56,300 nt of DNA from a virus (IMGVR_UViG_3300042447_000704:1-56300), one strand, 5' to 3'; shown: positions 24,595 through 34,650, counted from the first letter of the stretch. Program-made: numbers and translations. Notes: a model not told the origin generated them from the letters alone.

Positions 24595-27500
24595 CTAAAC
24601 GTCGCCAACACAAACAATGATACATACATTGGGTAGTAATAGTTGGAAGCGCCTTCGTTGTAAACGACAGTCCTGAATGTGGTTGATCCATTAAACCCCC
24701 AGTCAATCGAAGTCGTAAAAACGTGAGTTGTCGTGAACCCGCCAATGCTTGAGTTTAATCTTCTAGAAATTTCAGTCCAATTACCTGACTGCGGATTGGT
24801 AGAGTACTCAAACCTAACACCGACGTTTGTAGCGCCACTTGGCACGTTTGCTTGAACGGTCGCCATAAGCATTGTTCTCTTATCGCCTGCCGGGTAATTT
24901 ATTCCGACCCAATCAGCCCCAGCCTCACCCCCCGCGTAAATAGCAGTCCCGCTCAGCCAAGTCGTTGTATTGAACCCTGACGCAGAAACGGCGTTGCCAG
25001 CAATGTTGATGGTATTGACCGCGTTAACTGCATTGGCGGTCAGGTTGCCAGAGAATCGAGCGTTGCCGCTCGCATCGATATAAAGCTTTTCATTCCCAGA
25101 CGTATCCTTCCACTCAATCACGTTGTCCTGCCAAGAAGACATCTTGAAGGTGGAGTTCCCGGCAGTGAATTTTATGAACGTGTCGCCAGTAGTTCCGTTC
25201 CTATTTAGAATCCACCCACTGTTGTTGTCTTCCCACGACTTGTTATAGCTTCTTATATAGCCATCGCCAGTTCCGTTCCCGCTAAGGTTGATATAGCCGG
25301 TATTGAGCCCGCCCATATTCGCAGATACGGCAGAAAGGGATGTGACGCTTATTTTGTCTGACGTAATGCTATTTGCAGCAATCTTGCCCGACGTAATGCT
25401 ATTTGCGGCAATTTGATCTGCTGAAAACGTCCCGCGAATAACAGCGGCACCGAACTCGGCCGTACCGTCTTTATGAATCTTCCAGCCAGCGCTTCCGGCA
25501 GCGTAGTTACTGGATTGGATGAAGTTGCCAATCTTTGCGTTGGTGATCTGCCCATCACCAATCTTTGCCTCAACAATTGCGCCGGCGGCTATGTTTGCGG
25601 TGTCAACAGCGAGGTTACCGATCAGCGCGTTTGTAATTGCGCCATTTGCAATAACGCCACTGCCAGCAATGATGGTCCCCGCTGCCAATCTGTCAGCAGT
25701 CAGCGTGCCAGCTGCGATCTGAGAGGCAGTGATCGTGCCGGTGGCGATCTTGTCTGCGGTGATGGTGCTGCCAGCGATGTTCGAAGCAGTGATCGTATTG
25801 GCGGCGATCTGGCTGGAGGTGATCGTCCCAGAGACGATGTTCCCCGCAGCAATCGTTCCTGCGGCGATGTTGGCCCCAGTGATCGTCCCAGCTGCAATTT
25901 TCGCAGACGTGATTGTTTCAGCCGCGATCTCGCTGGCAGTCACTGCAAGTGCAGCAATCTTTGCCGTCGTTACGGACCCCGAAGCGATCTCCGTTGCGGT
26001 CACTGCATTTGCAGCGATCTTCCCTGCTGTCACCGCATTGGCAGCAAGCTCGGTCGCACTTATCGCGCCAGTAGCTATCTGACCCGCTGTGATGGTATCG
26101 GTGGCAATCTCAGCTGCGGTTATTGAAAGTGCGGCAATCTTTCCGGTCGTTACTGCGCCGGCCGCTATTTCTGTTGCAGTGATTGCGTTGGCTGCGATCT
26201 TTGCCGTTGTAACTGAGCCAGCCGAAATCTTTGCGGACGTTACTGCGTCAGCGGCGATCTCGTTCGCTGTTACTGCATTCGCAGCAAGTTTCGCTGTACT
26301 GATCGAGCCAGAGGCTATCTCCGTCGCAGTAACGGCGTTGGCTGCAATCTTCCCGGCGGTGACCGCAAGAGCGGCCAATTCGGTTGCAGTTATCGCGCCA
26401 GTAGCTATTTGACCGGAAGTGATTGTGTCGGTAGCGATCTCTGCGGCAGTTACTGAAAGTGCAGCAAGCTTTCCGGTTGTAATTGCGCCGGACGCTATCT
26501 CGTTGGCTGTAATGGTTCCGGTTGCGATCTTAGCGGCAGTGATCGAACCGGCGAGTATCTTCTCGGTTGTGACTGCATTGGAGGCGATCTCGTTAGCAGT
26601 CACGGCGTTTGCCGCCAGCTTTGCCGTTGTGATCGAACCGGCGCTGATCTCGGTAGCGGTAACTGCATTGGCCGCTATCTTGCCCGCAGTGACTGCAAGC
26701 GCAGCCAACTCTGATGAGGTAATTGCGCTCGCAGCGATATTCCCCGAAACGATGGTGTCGGTTGCAATCTCTGTTGAGGTGATTGTCCCGCCAGCGATCT
26801 TTGCCGCTGTAATCGTGTTTGCCGCAATCTCATTCGCCGTCACTGTTCCGGTTGCGATTTTGGCAGCGGTGATAGAGCCTGCGAGAATCTTTTCAGCCGT
26901 GACCGCATTAGAGGCAATCTCGTTGGCGGTTACCGCATTCGCGGCCAGCTTTGCCGTCGAAACAGATCCAGCTACCAGTTTTGGCGTGCTGATCGAGTCG
27001 TCGGCAATCTGAGTCGCAGTAATCTGGCCTGTAACCTTTGATGCCGCGAGATCGGCGATCTGACTATTCGTCAGTTGCCCAGTCACCTTTGACGCAGCAA
27101 GCCCTGCAATCTGGGCGTCGGTTACGCTTCCAGTTAAGTCTGCGGTTGGGACGCTTGCCACATACGCGGTGCTACTCCATCGGTACAGCTTGCCGTCGGT
27201 GGTATTGAAGATAGTTGATGTGCTTTTTGTGCCGGGGACGGTAGAGACAATCGTTACAGGCTCGATGCCAGATGCGAACTTAGTGCCGGAGACAGAGCCG
27301 TCAGCAATCTGGGTGCTGGAGATAGTGCCGGTCAATTTTGCAGCGGCAAGATCAGCTATCTGCGAGTTTGTCAGTGTCCCAGTTACTTTCGATGCGGCAA
27401 GGCCGGCGATCTGTGCATCAGTAACGGTCCCCGACAGGTCGGCAGTAGGGACAGTAGCAACGTAAGAAGAGCTACTCCATCGGTACAGCTTGCCGTCTGT

Positions 27501-28838
27501 GGTGTTAAAGATGGTCGACGTGCTTTTCGTGCTGGGGACAGAAGATACGACTGTCACCGGCTCGAGACCGGAAGCGAACTTAGTGCCAGACACAGATCCA
27601 TCGGCGATCTGCGCGCTTGTGATGGTGCCCGTCAGTTTTGCGGCAGCGAGATCAGCGATCTGAGAGTTTGTAAGTGTCCCAGTTACTTTTGAAGCTTCGA
27701 GGCCGGCGATCTGCGCACTGGTCACTGTCCCCGACAGGTCTGCGGTTAGTACTGTGGCAACGTATGAGGAACCGCCCCACCGATAGAGCTTGCCGTCTCC
27801 AGTGTTAAAAATCGCAGACGTAGACTTTGATGTTGGGACGGATGAGACGACCGTAACCGGCTCAATGCCAGACGCAAATTTAGTACCGGAGACGGAGCCG
27901 TCTGCGATCTGAGAAGAGGAAATCGTCCCAGTCAGTTTTGCAGCAGCGAGGTCGGCGATTTGTGAATTGGTCAGCTGTCCGGTGACCTTTGATGCCGCCA
28001 GAGCGGCAAGTTGAGCATCAGCCAGTTGACCAGAAATGTCTGCCGCAGGAACAGCTGTAGTCCAGACATCCGAGACGTTGCGATACAGCTTGCCGTCGCC
28101 CGTCTTAAAGAACAGCGCTCCAGCTGGGTAGCTGGCATTCGGAAGCGTCGGCAGATTTGCGCCAGACTCGACGGGCCTTAGGTTGCCGCCAAACGCTGCG
28201 TATGCAGAGATTGCCCCCGATGCAATCTTTTGGGATGTGATGATCGCGTCAGACAGGTCGACGCCACCAACCATTCCCGTTGCCCCCGAGACACCGGCAG
28301 AGAACGGTCCGTACACGTCCCACTTGCTTCTGAATCGAACCCAGTAATAACGCGACGTACCGCTGAGGCCGACGTTGTCGGCGTACATGAAAGCTTCTGT
28401 CGTTCCGACCAGAACAGCTGTTGATCCGTTTACGTCTGGCGCTACGTTGGTCGTCGACCTCCAGACTTCTGAGACAGAAACGATTGAGGTCGCCCCACTC
28501 CACGTGAGGATCACGTTCTGGATGGCTCCAGTGGCTGCCAGATTTTGCGGCTGTGGAGGCGGTGTTAGGTCAGGCACATCATCTTCGGCAGACCCAGCAA
28601 ACGGCGGCCCAAAAGGTAACCCCCCTGAACCAGACGACGACTGCCCGTTGTATGTGATGTTCGCAATGCCGGAGTTGACCAACTCACGCCACGTGACGTT
28701 GGCATCAAGCTCGTTGCCTCGAATACCCTCTCGGACCTCGATGAGTTCCTTCAGGGCAGCCATCAGCTTTTCAGGCGACTGAGGCGTCGGGAGAGACGGG
28801 ACTTTCGTCTCGGGGCTATTGATGTTTGGTTTACTCAC
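24591..28838 (-). CDS. Tail fibre/host-specificity protein (1415 aa)
   Basis: FN3-like N-terminus (YYWVRFRSKWDVYGPF); 100-aa and 10-aa repeats; ITNAKIGNFIQSSNY...GWKIHKDG motif of gpJ-like C-termini. Confidence 0.85.
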   Translation of the reverse strand: MSKPNINSPETKVPSLPTPQSPEKLMAALKELIEVREGIRGNELDANVTWRELVNSGIANITYNGQSSSGSGGLPFGPPFAGSAEDDVPDLTPPPQPQNLAATGAIQNVILTWSGATSIVSVSEVWRSTTNVAPDVNGSTAVLVGTTEAFMYADNVGLSGTSRYYWVRFRSKWDVYGPFSAGVSGATGMVGGVDLSDAIITSQKIASGAISAYAAFGGNLRPVESGANLPTLPNASYPAGALFFKTGDGKLYRNVSDVWTTAVPAADISGQLADAQLAALAASKVTGQLTNSQIADLAAAKLTGTISSSQIADGSVSGTKFASGIEPVTVVSSVPTSKSTSAIFNTGDGKLYRWGGSSYVATVLTADLSGTVTSAQIAGLEASKVTGTLTNSQIADLAAAKLTGTITSAQIADGSVSGTKFASGLEPVTVVSSVPSTKSTSTIFNTTDGKLYRWSSSSYVATVPTADLSGTVTDAQIAGLAASKVTGTLTNSQIADLAAAKLTGTISSTQIADGSVSGTKFASGIEPVTIVSTVPGTKSTSTIFNTTDGKLYRWSSTAYVASVPTADLTGSVTDAQIAGLAASKVTGQLTNSQIADLAASKVTGQITATQIADDSISTPKLVAGSVSTAKLAANAVTANEIASNAVTAEKILAGSITAAKIATGTVTANEIAANTITAAKIAGGTITSTEIATDTIVSGNIAASAITSSELAALAVTAGKIAANAVTATEISAGSITTAKLAANAVTANEIASNAVTTEKILAGSITAAKIATGTITANEIASGAITTGKLAALSVTAAEIATDTITSGQIATGAITATELAALAVTAGKIAANAVTATEIASGSISTAKLAANAVTANEIAADAVTSAKISAGSVTTAKIAANAITATEIAAGAVTTGKIAALSITAAEIATDTITAGQIATGAISATELAANAVTAGKIAANAVTATEIASGSVTTAKIAALAVTASEIAAETITSAKIAAGTITGANIAAGTIAAGNIVSGTITSSQIAANTITASNIAGSTITADKIATGTITASQIAAGTLTADRLAAGTIIAGSGVIANGAITNALIGNLAVDTANIAAGAIVEAKIGDGQITNAKIGNFIQSSNYAAGSAGWKIHKDGTAEFGAAVIRGTFSADQIAANSITSGKIAANSITSDKISVTSLSAVSANMGGLNTGYINLSGNGTGDGYIRSYNKSWEDNNSGWILNRNGTTGDTFIKFTAGNSTFKMSSWQDNVIEWKDTSGNEKLYIDASGNARFSGNLTANAVNAVNTINIAGNAVSASGFNTTTWLSGTAIYAGGEAGADWVGINYPAGDKRTMLMATVQANVPSGATNVGVRFEYSTNPQSGNWTEISRRLNSSIGGFTTTHVFTTSIDWGFNGSTTFRTVVYNEGASNYYYPMYVSLFVLATFR
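25540..27000 (-). repeat. 10-aa coding repeats (IAANAVTATE-like) with ~110-aa higher-order period
   Basis: Visible in the fibre translation. Confidence 0.85.
27000..28120 (-). repeat. 300-nt (100-aa) coding repeats, ~4 copies
   Basis: DGKLYR codons recur at about 27181, 27481, 27781 and 28081. Confidence 0.9.
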
Positions 28839-30502
28839 AGCTGTTTCATCTCATCCATCGATCCGGTTAGCAGGATCTGCTCGACCTCAGCTGTTCCAGA
28901 GACCTGAACCTCGACCGAGTTGTACTTCTTCCCCGCTGGCAGCCTGAACGCATTTCCTGCCGTCACAGACAACGTGTACGTTGTGTCGGTGTCGTACGTG
29001 GAGAACGTCAGACTTACTGGGTAAGACTTCGCAACTACCTGTCCGACACCCAACGTCTCTGGCTTAGGCAAAGTGAACCGCTTGCTCTTCCACGTATAGG
29101 TCAGTGCTGACCCTGTATCGAACTTCACGATATTGCTGCCAACGAGCAGATACAGAGAGTCCGTCAACGGTTCGAGGTAGCCGGCCGTTGCGGTCAGATT
29201 CAGCGTCACCAAAGCCGGCTCTTGTCCGTTGAAGCTGAAGACCAGACATCCGGTCACTGTGCCGGTGTCGTAGAAGGCGAAGTACCTGCCGTCGTACTGA
29301 TACGCGTGCATCGAGGTTGGTTTATAGGCCTGCCACTCCTCTTTGGTGAACAGCCCCTTCGTCAACAGCTGTACGCCGCCACCGCTGATCTGAGCCAGCC
29401 CATCAGGGCTTGCGTACACCACCCCGTTGTTCATCGTCACGGCAGAGCGCTTCGATACGCAGGCATGCAACTCATCGAGGCGAGTCATCGACATCGATGA
29501 TGGGTCGGCACCCTGAATCAGGTACGGATAGGCGGCCGTCAGGACCGCCAGAGACTGCCCAAAAGCCTTCGTGGCGACGATCTGGTAGTCGGATACCAAC
29601 TCGTTCTCACGCTTCCACGCATGAGGCATGTACGGCTCTGAGAAGCAGATTATGTTTCCTGCATAACCCGCCATAATCCCGTTCGCCATCAGCGTCAGGC
29701 CGAGAAGCGTGTACGGAGACGGGCCGTTCGTGCCCGGCTCATTGTCTGCCGCGTTTCGAGGCGGATACCAGCCATCACTCGGAATTATTTCGCCCAGCTG
29801 GCCCGATGTCTTGTTGTCCGTAAACGAGGTCGTTGCGGCTGCAACCTCAGCGACGAACTGGAAGTCGGTTGCGTTCGTTCCGCTGACCGTTCTGTAGATG
29901 CGCTTGCGGTCAACTGTACGGTTTGACTTTACAGGGGCCGTTGACATGCCAGAGATCGCAACAGACTGCCCAGTCAGGACCGAGACGCTGGAGACGGTAG
30001 CCGGCGGGCCTTCTTCGCCGAGAGGCGTAACGAACGTGTAGGTGTAGTACCTCTGCTCGGCTACGGTGTCTGTGCCCGCACCAGTTGCAGCTACGGTGGC
30101 GCTGGTAGCGGGAGGCTCAACCCCGAGCCTGTAGTAGCCGTTGGGATACGTTCCAGCACCGGGCACTAAGGTCGAGGTGGTCATCCTCGGCTCTTGCCCT
30201 GCGACTGTGTAATAGGTCCGCTCGAAGATATCGCCAGCCACGGGGCCTCGAGCCACATCAGCATCGGCCGTGAACTCCAGCCAATACTGCGTATCCGTAG
30301 ACTCGCCCTGCCCGAATCGATAGATCGAGACGGGATTGCCAAGAGAGCGCTTCCCTACGATCGTGGTCGAAGCTTTGAATGGCTTCAATGATCCGCCCGT
30401 GATCTTTGTGTTCACAGCGTTCTGCGCGGCGGAATCCTTCAGCATCCGGTTGTTGATGACCGGATACATCCCGTCGAAGGACTTGATTGCTATTGCTGTC
30501 AT
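28835..30502 (-). CDS. Tail tubular/nozzle (DNA stabilisation) protein
   Basis: 555 aa; YTYTFVTPLGEEGPP, FSEPYMPHAW, CVSKRS, YASPDGL, YTWKSKRF; position in the operon. Confidence 0.75.
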   Translation of the reverse strand: MTAIAIKSFDGMYPVINNRMLKDSAAQNAVNTKITGGSLKPFKASTTIVGKRSLGNPVSIYRFGQGESTDTQYWLEFTADADVARGPVAGDIFERTYYTVAGQEPRMTTSTLVPGAGTYPNGYYRLGVEPPATSATVAATGAGTDTVAEQRYYTYTFVTPLGEEGPPATVSSVSVLTGQSVAISGMSTAPVKSNRTVDRKRIYRTVSGTNATDFQFVAEVAAATTSFTDNKTSGQLGEIIPSDGWYPPRNAADNEPGTNGPSPYTLLGLTLMANGIMAGYAGNIICFSEPYMPHAWKRENELVSDYQIVATKAFGQSLAVLTAAYPYLIQGADPSSMSMTRLDELHACVSKRSAVTMNNGVVYASPDGLAQISGGGVQLLTKGLFTKEEWQAYKPTSMHAYQYDGRYFAFYDTGTVTGCLVFSFNGQEPALVTLNLTATAGYLEPLTDSLYLLVGSNIVKFDTGSALTYTWKSKRFTLPKPETLGVGQVVAKSYPVSLTFSTYDTDTTYTLSVTAGNAFRLPAGKKYNSVEVQVSGTAEVEQILLTGSMDEMKQL

Positions 30503-31458
30503 TTCAACTCTTCACAGTCAATGAGTTGGCCTCGGAAGAACAAGCGCCCCTCGTCGACCACCATCGCAATTTCGGGGGGCATCAAGACACCACCCTTAAA
30601 CGTCAGCACAGCAAAGCCAGAGCGCCAGTTCCTCGGACCTTCGGCCATATAGTTGAACTGCGGCCCGAACACGTCAGCAAGAGTCCCCGTATCTACACCG
30701 TATAAATGCCCGCCATTGAGCGGGCTAAGTGTCGTTCGAGGAGTGACCTTCAACGAGTGGAGGTGCCCGCAGACGGTATTGATCTGAGCGTCAGAGGTCG
30801 ATGTCCACGTGGCATGCACGCCGTTCTTCAGGCGGTGAGTGATGATCGTGTGGTTGTTAACGAAGATAGACCACGCAGATACCCACCTCGGCAGCTGCTG
30901 ATCCAGCGAGAACCCCTCCACGCCCTCGAACTCAGGCGAGGTGGCAGCGAGTTTGGTATCGAAACGCAGATCGTGATTGCCGTGAGTCCTAAGCAGCTTT
31001 GCGCCACCAGCTGCCTTCTCGATCTCCTCGCATCGGTCTATGACAGCCTCAAGCTCCTCTTTCATCGAGGGGCGCTTTTCCCAGCCAATGCGACCGTGGC
31101 GAGACGCCGTAGCAGCATCCAGAATGTCCCCGTTCAGAATCACAGCCCACGGCTTGAGTTCTTTGATGATGTGGACAAAGCCAATATGCGCAGCTGTAAT
31201 TTCGCCGGGCCAATAGTGGGCATCTGAGCCGATGACCATCACCCCGTCATCGATACTGACATCCAGTCGCATCCGGCCCGGCTTGATCGTCACCAGAGAA
31301 TCGCGCATTGGAAGCTCGTGCCCCTTAGAGATGAGGGCGGCTCTGCGGGCGTAGATACTGCGCGGATGGGTGTTCAGCGTCTCTGCCATCTTGTAGACGG
31401 TCGGAGACAGCTTCCAGAGTCTTATGAACTCCGACTCACTGCACTTCGGCGCACTCAT
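30499..31458 (-). CDS. Calcineurin-like metallophosphoesterase with N-terminal HTH-like segment
   Basis: SDAH, NGDILD, HGNHD, ITH and CGHLH metal-binding motifs. Confidence 0.82.
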   Translation of the reverse strand: MSAPKCSESEFIRLWKLSPTVYKMAETLNTHPRSIYARRAALISKGHELPMRDSLVTIKPGRMRLDVSIDDGVMVIGSDAHYWPGEITAAHIGFVHIIKELKPWAVILNGDILDAATASRHGRIGWEKRPSMKEELEAVIDRCEEIEKAAGGAKLLRTHGNHDLRFDTKLAATSPEFEGVEGFSLDQQLPRWVSAWSIFVNNHTIITHRLKNGVHATWTSTSDAQINTVCGHLHSLKVTPRTTLSPLNGGHLYGVDTGTLADVFGPQFNYMAEGPRNWRSGFAVLTFKGGVLMPPEIAMVVDEGRLFFRGQLIDCEELK

Positions 31459-31687
31459 CGATCTCGCCTATTTCGTGAGTTTCTTTGATCCACGCCTTCG
31501 GAATCTCAGTCAGGTTCCCGAGTTGATTGGTGCTTGCCGTTTGCGCGAGCTTTACCCAGTCAGCATTTTCGGCAACAAAAAAGCCCAGTGTGTACACCGT
31601 CGCCCCGCCGATCTGTTCGGCAATCTCTCTGTCGCTCCACCCGCCCTCCATCGTGGCGTCGTGCCAAGTAACCATAACCATTCTCAT
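31436..31687 (-). CDS. Conserved-looking small phage protein
   Basis: VTWHDA...GW...TLGF...IPKAWI pattern. Confidence 0.7.
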   Translation of the reverse strand: MRMVMVTWHDATMEGGWSDREIAEQIGGATVYTLGFFVAENADWVKLAQTASTNQLGNLTEIPKAWIKETHEIGEIDECAEVQ

Positions 31688-31699
31688 AACTTGCTCCGG

Positions 31700-31894
31700 T
31701 CAATACGGTGGCGTGCAGGAAAACTCAATCTCAGCGCCGTCCACATCCAGACGGCGATCAGGCACAAACAACAGGTCAAACTTTGGTCGGCAGACCCACT
31801 CGTTTTGAGGTAACGATCTGCATGACGCCGTTGACAAGAGCAACGATGCCAACAATGCCGCCGCCAATAGCTTGCGAGTCCACTGGAACGTCAT
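31700..31894 (-). CDS. Putative lipoprotein (o-spanin-like) overlapping the holin
   Basis: MTFQWTRKLLAAALLASLLLSTASC: basic n-region, hydrophobic h-region and lipobox-like Cys; also fills the 31700-31775 gap. Confidence 0.5.
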   Translation of the reverse strand: MTFQWTRKLLAAALLASLLLSTASCRSLPQNEWVCRPKFDLLFVPDRRLDVDGAEIEFSCTPPY

Positions 31895-32033
31895 AACCAA
31901 ACCCTTTGGCGATTGCGCCCAGTGCGGCGATGAATGCCACCAGCGCGTTGAGCAGAATGGTTCCGTTCTTCCACGTCTCGGTGTTTGCAAGCTCTTGTCC
32001 CTTGCGGAACGCATTGAAAAAGTCAGTAAGCAT
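31776..32033 (-). CDS. Putative holin (2 TM)
   Basis: Two hydrophobic helices and a basic C-terminus; follows the endolysin; RBS CAGGAG. Confidence 0.65.
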   Translation of the reverse strand: MLTDFFNAFRKGQELANTETWKNGTILLNALVAFIAALGAIAKGFGYDVPVDSQAIGGGIVGIVALVNGVMQIVTSKRVGLPTKV

Positions 32034-32037
32034 TTGT

Positions 32038-32508
32038 TCACTCCTGTGAGTTGATTGAGACCACGAACAATCTGGTCATCCACCCATACCCAAACGTATT
32101 GTAGGTGGACAAGTTTGAATAGCGGATAGCCCTCAAAGCAAAGAATCGCGCGAGCTTTCTGTCGTCCGCTGTCTGAGCGGCTTTAATCGTGCGCGGCCCG
32201 ATAACGCCATCGACCATCACGCCCAGCGCGTCCTGCAAGAACTTAGTCGCCACTGAAACGCCCTGATTGACTGCGCAGTCGAACACTGCGATCGCCCAGT
32301 GCCACGGCAGCTGGTCGCCTTTTACTACATCCCAGTAGTCGCGCTTGTAGATCATCTTTGCGCGGTCCAGAGTAATCGCCGCGATGTCTTCGTTGGGGTA
32401 AGCACGTTGTGAAATCCCATACTTAGTGCGGCCTCCCGGATCTCGCTTGTCGTCAACGTAGCCCCCTTCCTCGCCGATGATGATTTCAAACGCGCGGTCA
32501 AAGTTCAT
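32038..32508 (-). CDS. Endolysin, glycoside hydrolase family 108
   Basis: EGGYVDDKRDPGGRTKYGIS, YKRDYW, FDCAVNQG, DGVIGPRT, FGYGW. Confidence 0.92.
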   Translation of the reverse strand: MNFDRAFEIIIGEEGGYVDDKRDPGGRTKYGISQRAYPNEDIAAITLDRAKMIYKRDYWDVVKGDQLPWHWAIAVFDCAVNQGVSVATKFLQDALGVMVDGVIGPRTIKAAQTADDRKLARFFALRAIRYSNLSTYNTFGYGWMTRLFVVSINSQE

Positions 32509-32774
32509 TTCAGCACCTTCTGGACGACCTCAAATAAGGAGTACAAGATCGCAATCACACCGCAGACTCCGATCCATCTGTTGACCCACTTCTCAAGCTT
32601 TACAGAGACCGCTTGAATCGCGTCTTCGTTGTTCCGAACGCGCTCTTCGACAATAACGATGCGCTCACCCATCGTTGACTGGCGCTCTTCAATCAGCACG
32701 AGTCTCTGGACGGCGTCGGCAAGCTTGTCTACTTTGCTTTCGAGCCTGCGAAAGTCTTCAATTCCGAATTCCAT
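32505..32774 (-). CDS. Coiled-coil protein with C-terminal TM (holin/antiholin-like)
   Basis: Heptad pattern followed by WIGVCGVIAILYSLF; directly upstream of the endolysin. Confidence 0.6.
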   Translation of the reverse strand: MEFGIEDFRRLESKVDKLADAVQRLVLIEERQSTMGERIVIVEERVRNNEDAIQAVSVKLEKWVNRWIGVCGVIAILYSLFEVVQKVLK

Positions 32775-32775
32775 T

Positions 32776-34647
32776 TCATCCGACCGAGATTGCAATGGTT
32801 GTTAAATCCGCCTCCGCATCGTTGACCGAGACAGTCATAACGATTTGAGATGCGGACGCCGTTAGAACAGGTTCCGTAAAGTAAGCAGTGAGGATCGCTT
32901 GCTGGACCGTAGTCCTAAGCACTACGTCCTCGATGAACTCCGCTTGTCGTAGTGCGTTTGCTGCCTGAGAGCCTGCGGCAGTTGCGGATTCGGTTGCCGA
33001 CAGAGCGATAGCTCTCAACCCCTGAGCAGTCTCAGAGGCAGTCGCGATCTCAGTAAGAATTCCGCCGAACGATCCCGACGAAAACTCTGCGCTTGCAGAC
33101 GATGCACTCTCTAGAACGGCACCGCTCGTTGTCATCGAGCCAAGATTCGACTCAGAGGCCGTCGCGGACTCGGTTGGCGCTCTGACGTACACGACAGATA
33201 CGGAAATCGACTCGCCGGCAGTAGACGACTCGGCTAGGAACGCTCCGGTATTTCCAATGTCTGTTGCTGTAACCGCCTCAGACAGGCTTGCATTGAAGGA
33301 GGCGCTAGTAAGAGCGGACTCGGTTGCTGTTCCCGACTCTGTCGCGGTCTTCAACCCCGCCGCAGACGTAAAACTGGACTCCGAAGATGTCGCGCTCTCA
33401 GAGCGGCTTACAGAACTACTCTGTCCGGTGAGGAAGCTCTCAGTCGCAGTTGCAGATTCAGTTGCCGCGCTGTTTGCGTTGATCTGCGTCGAAGCAACAT
33501 CCGATGCGGTCGCCGACTCGGACAGGAACGCGCCCGTAGTGGAGACCTCTGTTGCAGACGCAGACTCTGTCGCAAATGCAGAGAACGTGCCGCTGGTAGA
33601 AGCCGAATCACTGGAGTTAGCAGATTCGGTAAGCGTTCGCGCAAATGCAGACGTTGTGGAACTGGAATCGCTGGGTGTCGCAGACTCACTCAGAGACGAT
33701 GCGGTTACCAGACTTGTTACTCTGGTGTCGCTCGATGTCGCGGACTCAGTGCCCGAACTGTTTGCATTGATCTGAGTGGCCGACGAATCCGCCGACGTGA
33801 CAGACTCGGACAGTGTCGCGCCAGTTGTTGAAACCTCAGACGCTATTGTCGGCTCAGACGCAGTCGCGTTGAACGTCGCACTGTTTACAGAGGAATCGCT
33901 TGAACTGGCCGGCTCCGTCGCGGATACGACAAAGATCGCCGTTCTGCTGGCAGTGTCTCCAGAGGTCGCGGATTCAGTAAGGTTGGACGATCCAGAAAAG
34001 CTTGTAGATGAGGAGTCGCCTGATGTTGCAAAGTCAGTTAGCGACCGAGTAAAGGCCGCCGTGGTGCTTAGAGAGTCACCAGAAGTTGCAGGTTCGGTTG
34101 CTGTTGCTGCAAACGTCGCGGTGATCGAGGACGAATCCCCAGAGGTCGCGGGTTCAGTTGCAGACGAAACGAAGACTGCTGATCTGCTGGATGTCTCTCC
34201 AGAAGTCGCAGACTCAGTCAGGCTCGAAGAGACGTTGACGCTTGTGGACGACGAATCTCCAGAGGTCGCCGGCTCTGTAGCACTACGTGCAGTAGTCAGG
34301 GCGGTGGATGTACTGTCCCCGCTTGTTGCGCCCTCTCCGAGACTCGATGAATACGCGGACGATGCGACTTGTGCATCTGTTGCGGTCGCGCTCTCGGTTA
34401 GAGATGCAGAATAAGTATTGCCCGAAACAACCGATGCAACCGCCGCCTTGATTTCCAGCCAATACAGCCGCGCATCATATGCAGGTACGTAGACAACGGA
34501 AACGCTGTCGGTTGCCGAGGCAGACTCGGAGACAAGCGCCTGTTTCGGTCTGAACGTCGAATTCTGGACGACTAAGCCAGCCGCGCGACCAGACCCCGCA
34601 GGCGGTGTAAGCCTTCGTCTTGTGTTCAGTAGCGGCAGCGCGGACAT
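32776..34647 (-). CDS. Ser/Thr/Ala-rich repeat virion protein (623 aa)
   Basis: ~20-aa repeats xTE[SP]ATSGD; 60-nt period over 33901-34330. Confidence 0.75.
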   Translation of the reverse strand: MSALPLLNTRRRLTPPAGSGRAAGLVVQNSTFRPKQALVSESASATDSVSVVYVPAYDARLYWLEIKAAVASVVSGNTYSASLTESATATDAQVASSAYSSSLGEGATSGDSTSTALTTARSATEPATSGDSSSTSVNVSSSLTESATSGETSSRSAVFVSSATEPATSGDSSSITATFAATATEPATSGDSLSTTAAFTRSLTDFATSGDSSSTSFSGSSNLTESATSGDTASRTAIFVVSATEPASSSDSSVNSATFNATASEPTIASEVSTTGATLSESVTSADSSATQINANSSGTESATSSDTRVTSLVTASSLSESATPSDSSSTTSAFARTLTESANSSDSASTSGTFSAFATESASATEVSTTGAFLSESATASDVASTQINANSAATESATATESFLTGQSSSVSRSESATSSESSFTSAAGLKTATESGTATESALTSASFNASLSEAVTATDIGNTGAFLAESSTAGESISVSVVYVRAPTESATASESNLGSMTTSGAVLESASSASAEFSSGSFGGILTEIATASETAQGLRAIALSATESATAAGSQAANALRQAEFIEDVVLRTTVQQAILTAYFTEPVLTASASQIVMTVSVNDAEADLTTIAISVG

Positions 34648-34650
34648 TTT

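Noticed and set aside
11693-34414. Long plus-strand ORFs opposite the late genes (e.g. 11887-13428, 25729-27012, 33257-34414)
   Set aside because: Antisense shadows of GC-biased or repetitive coding sequence
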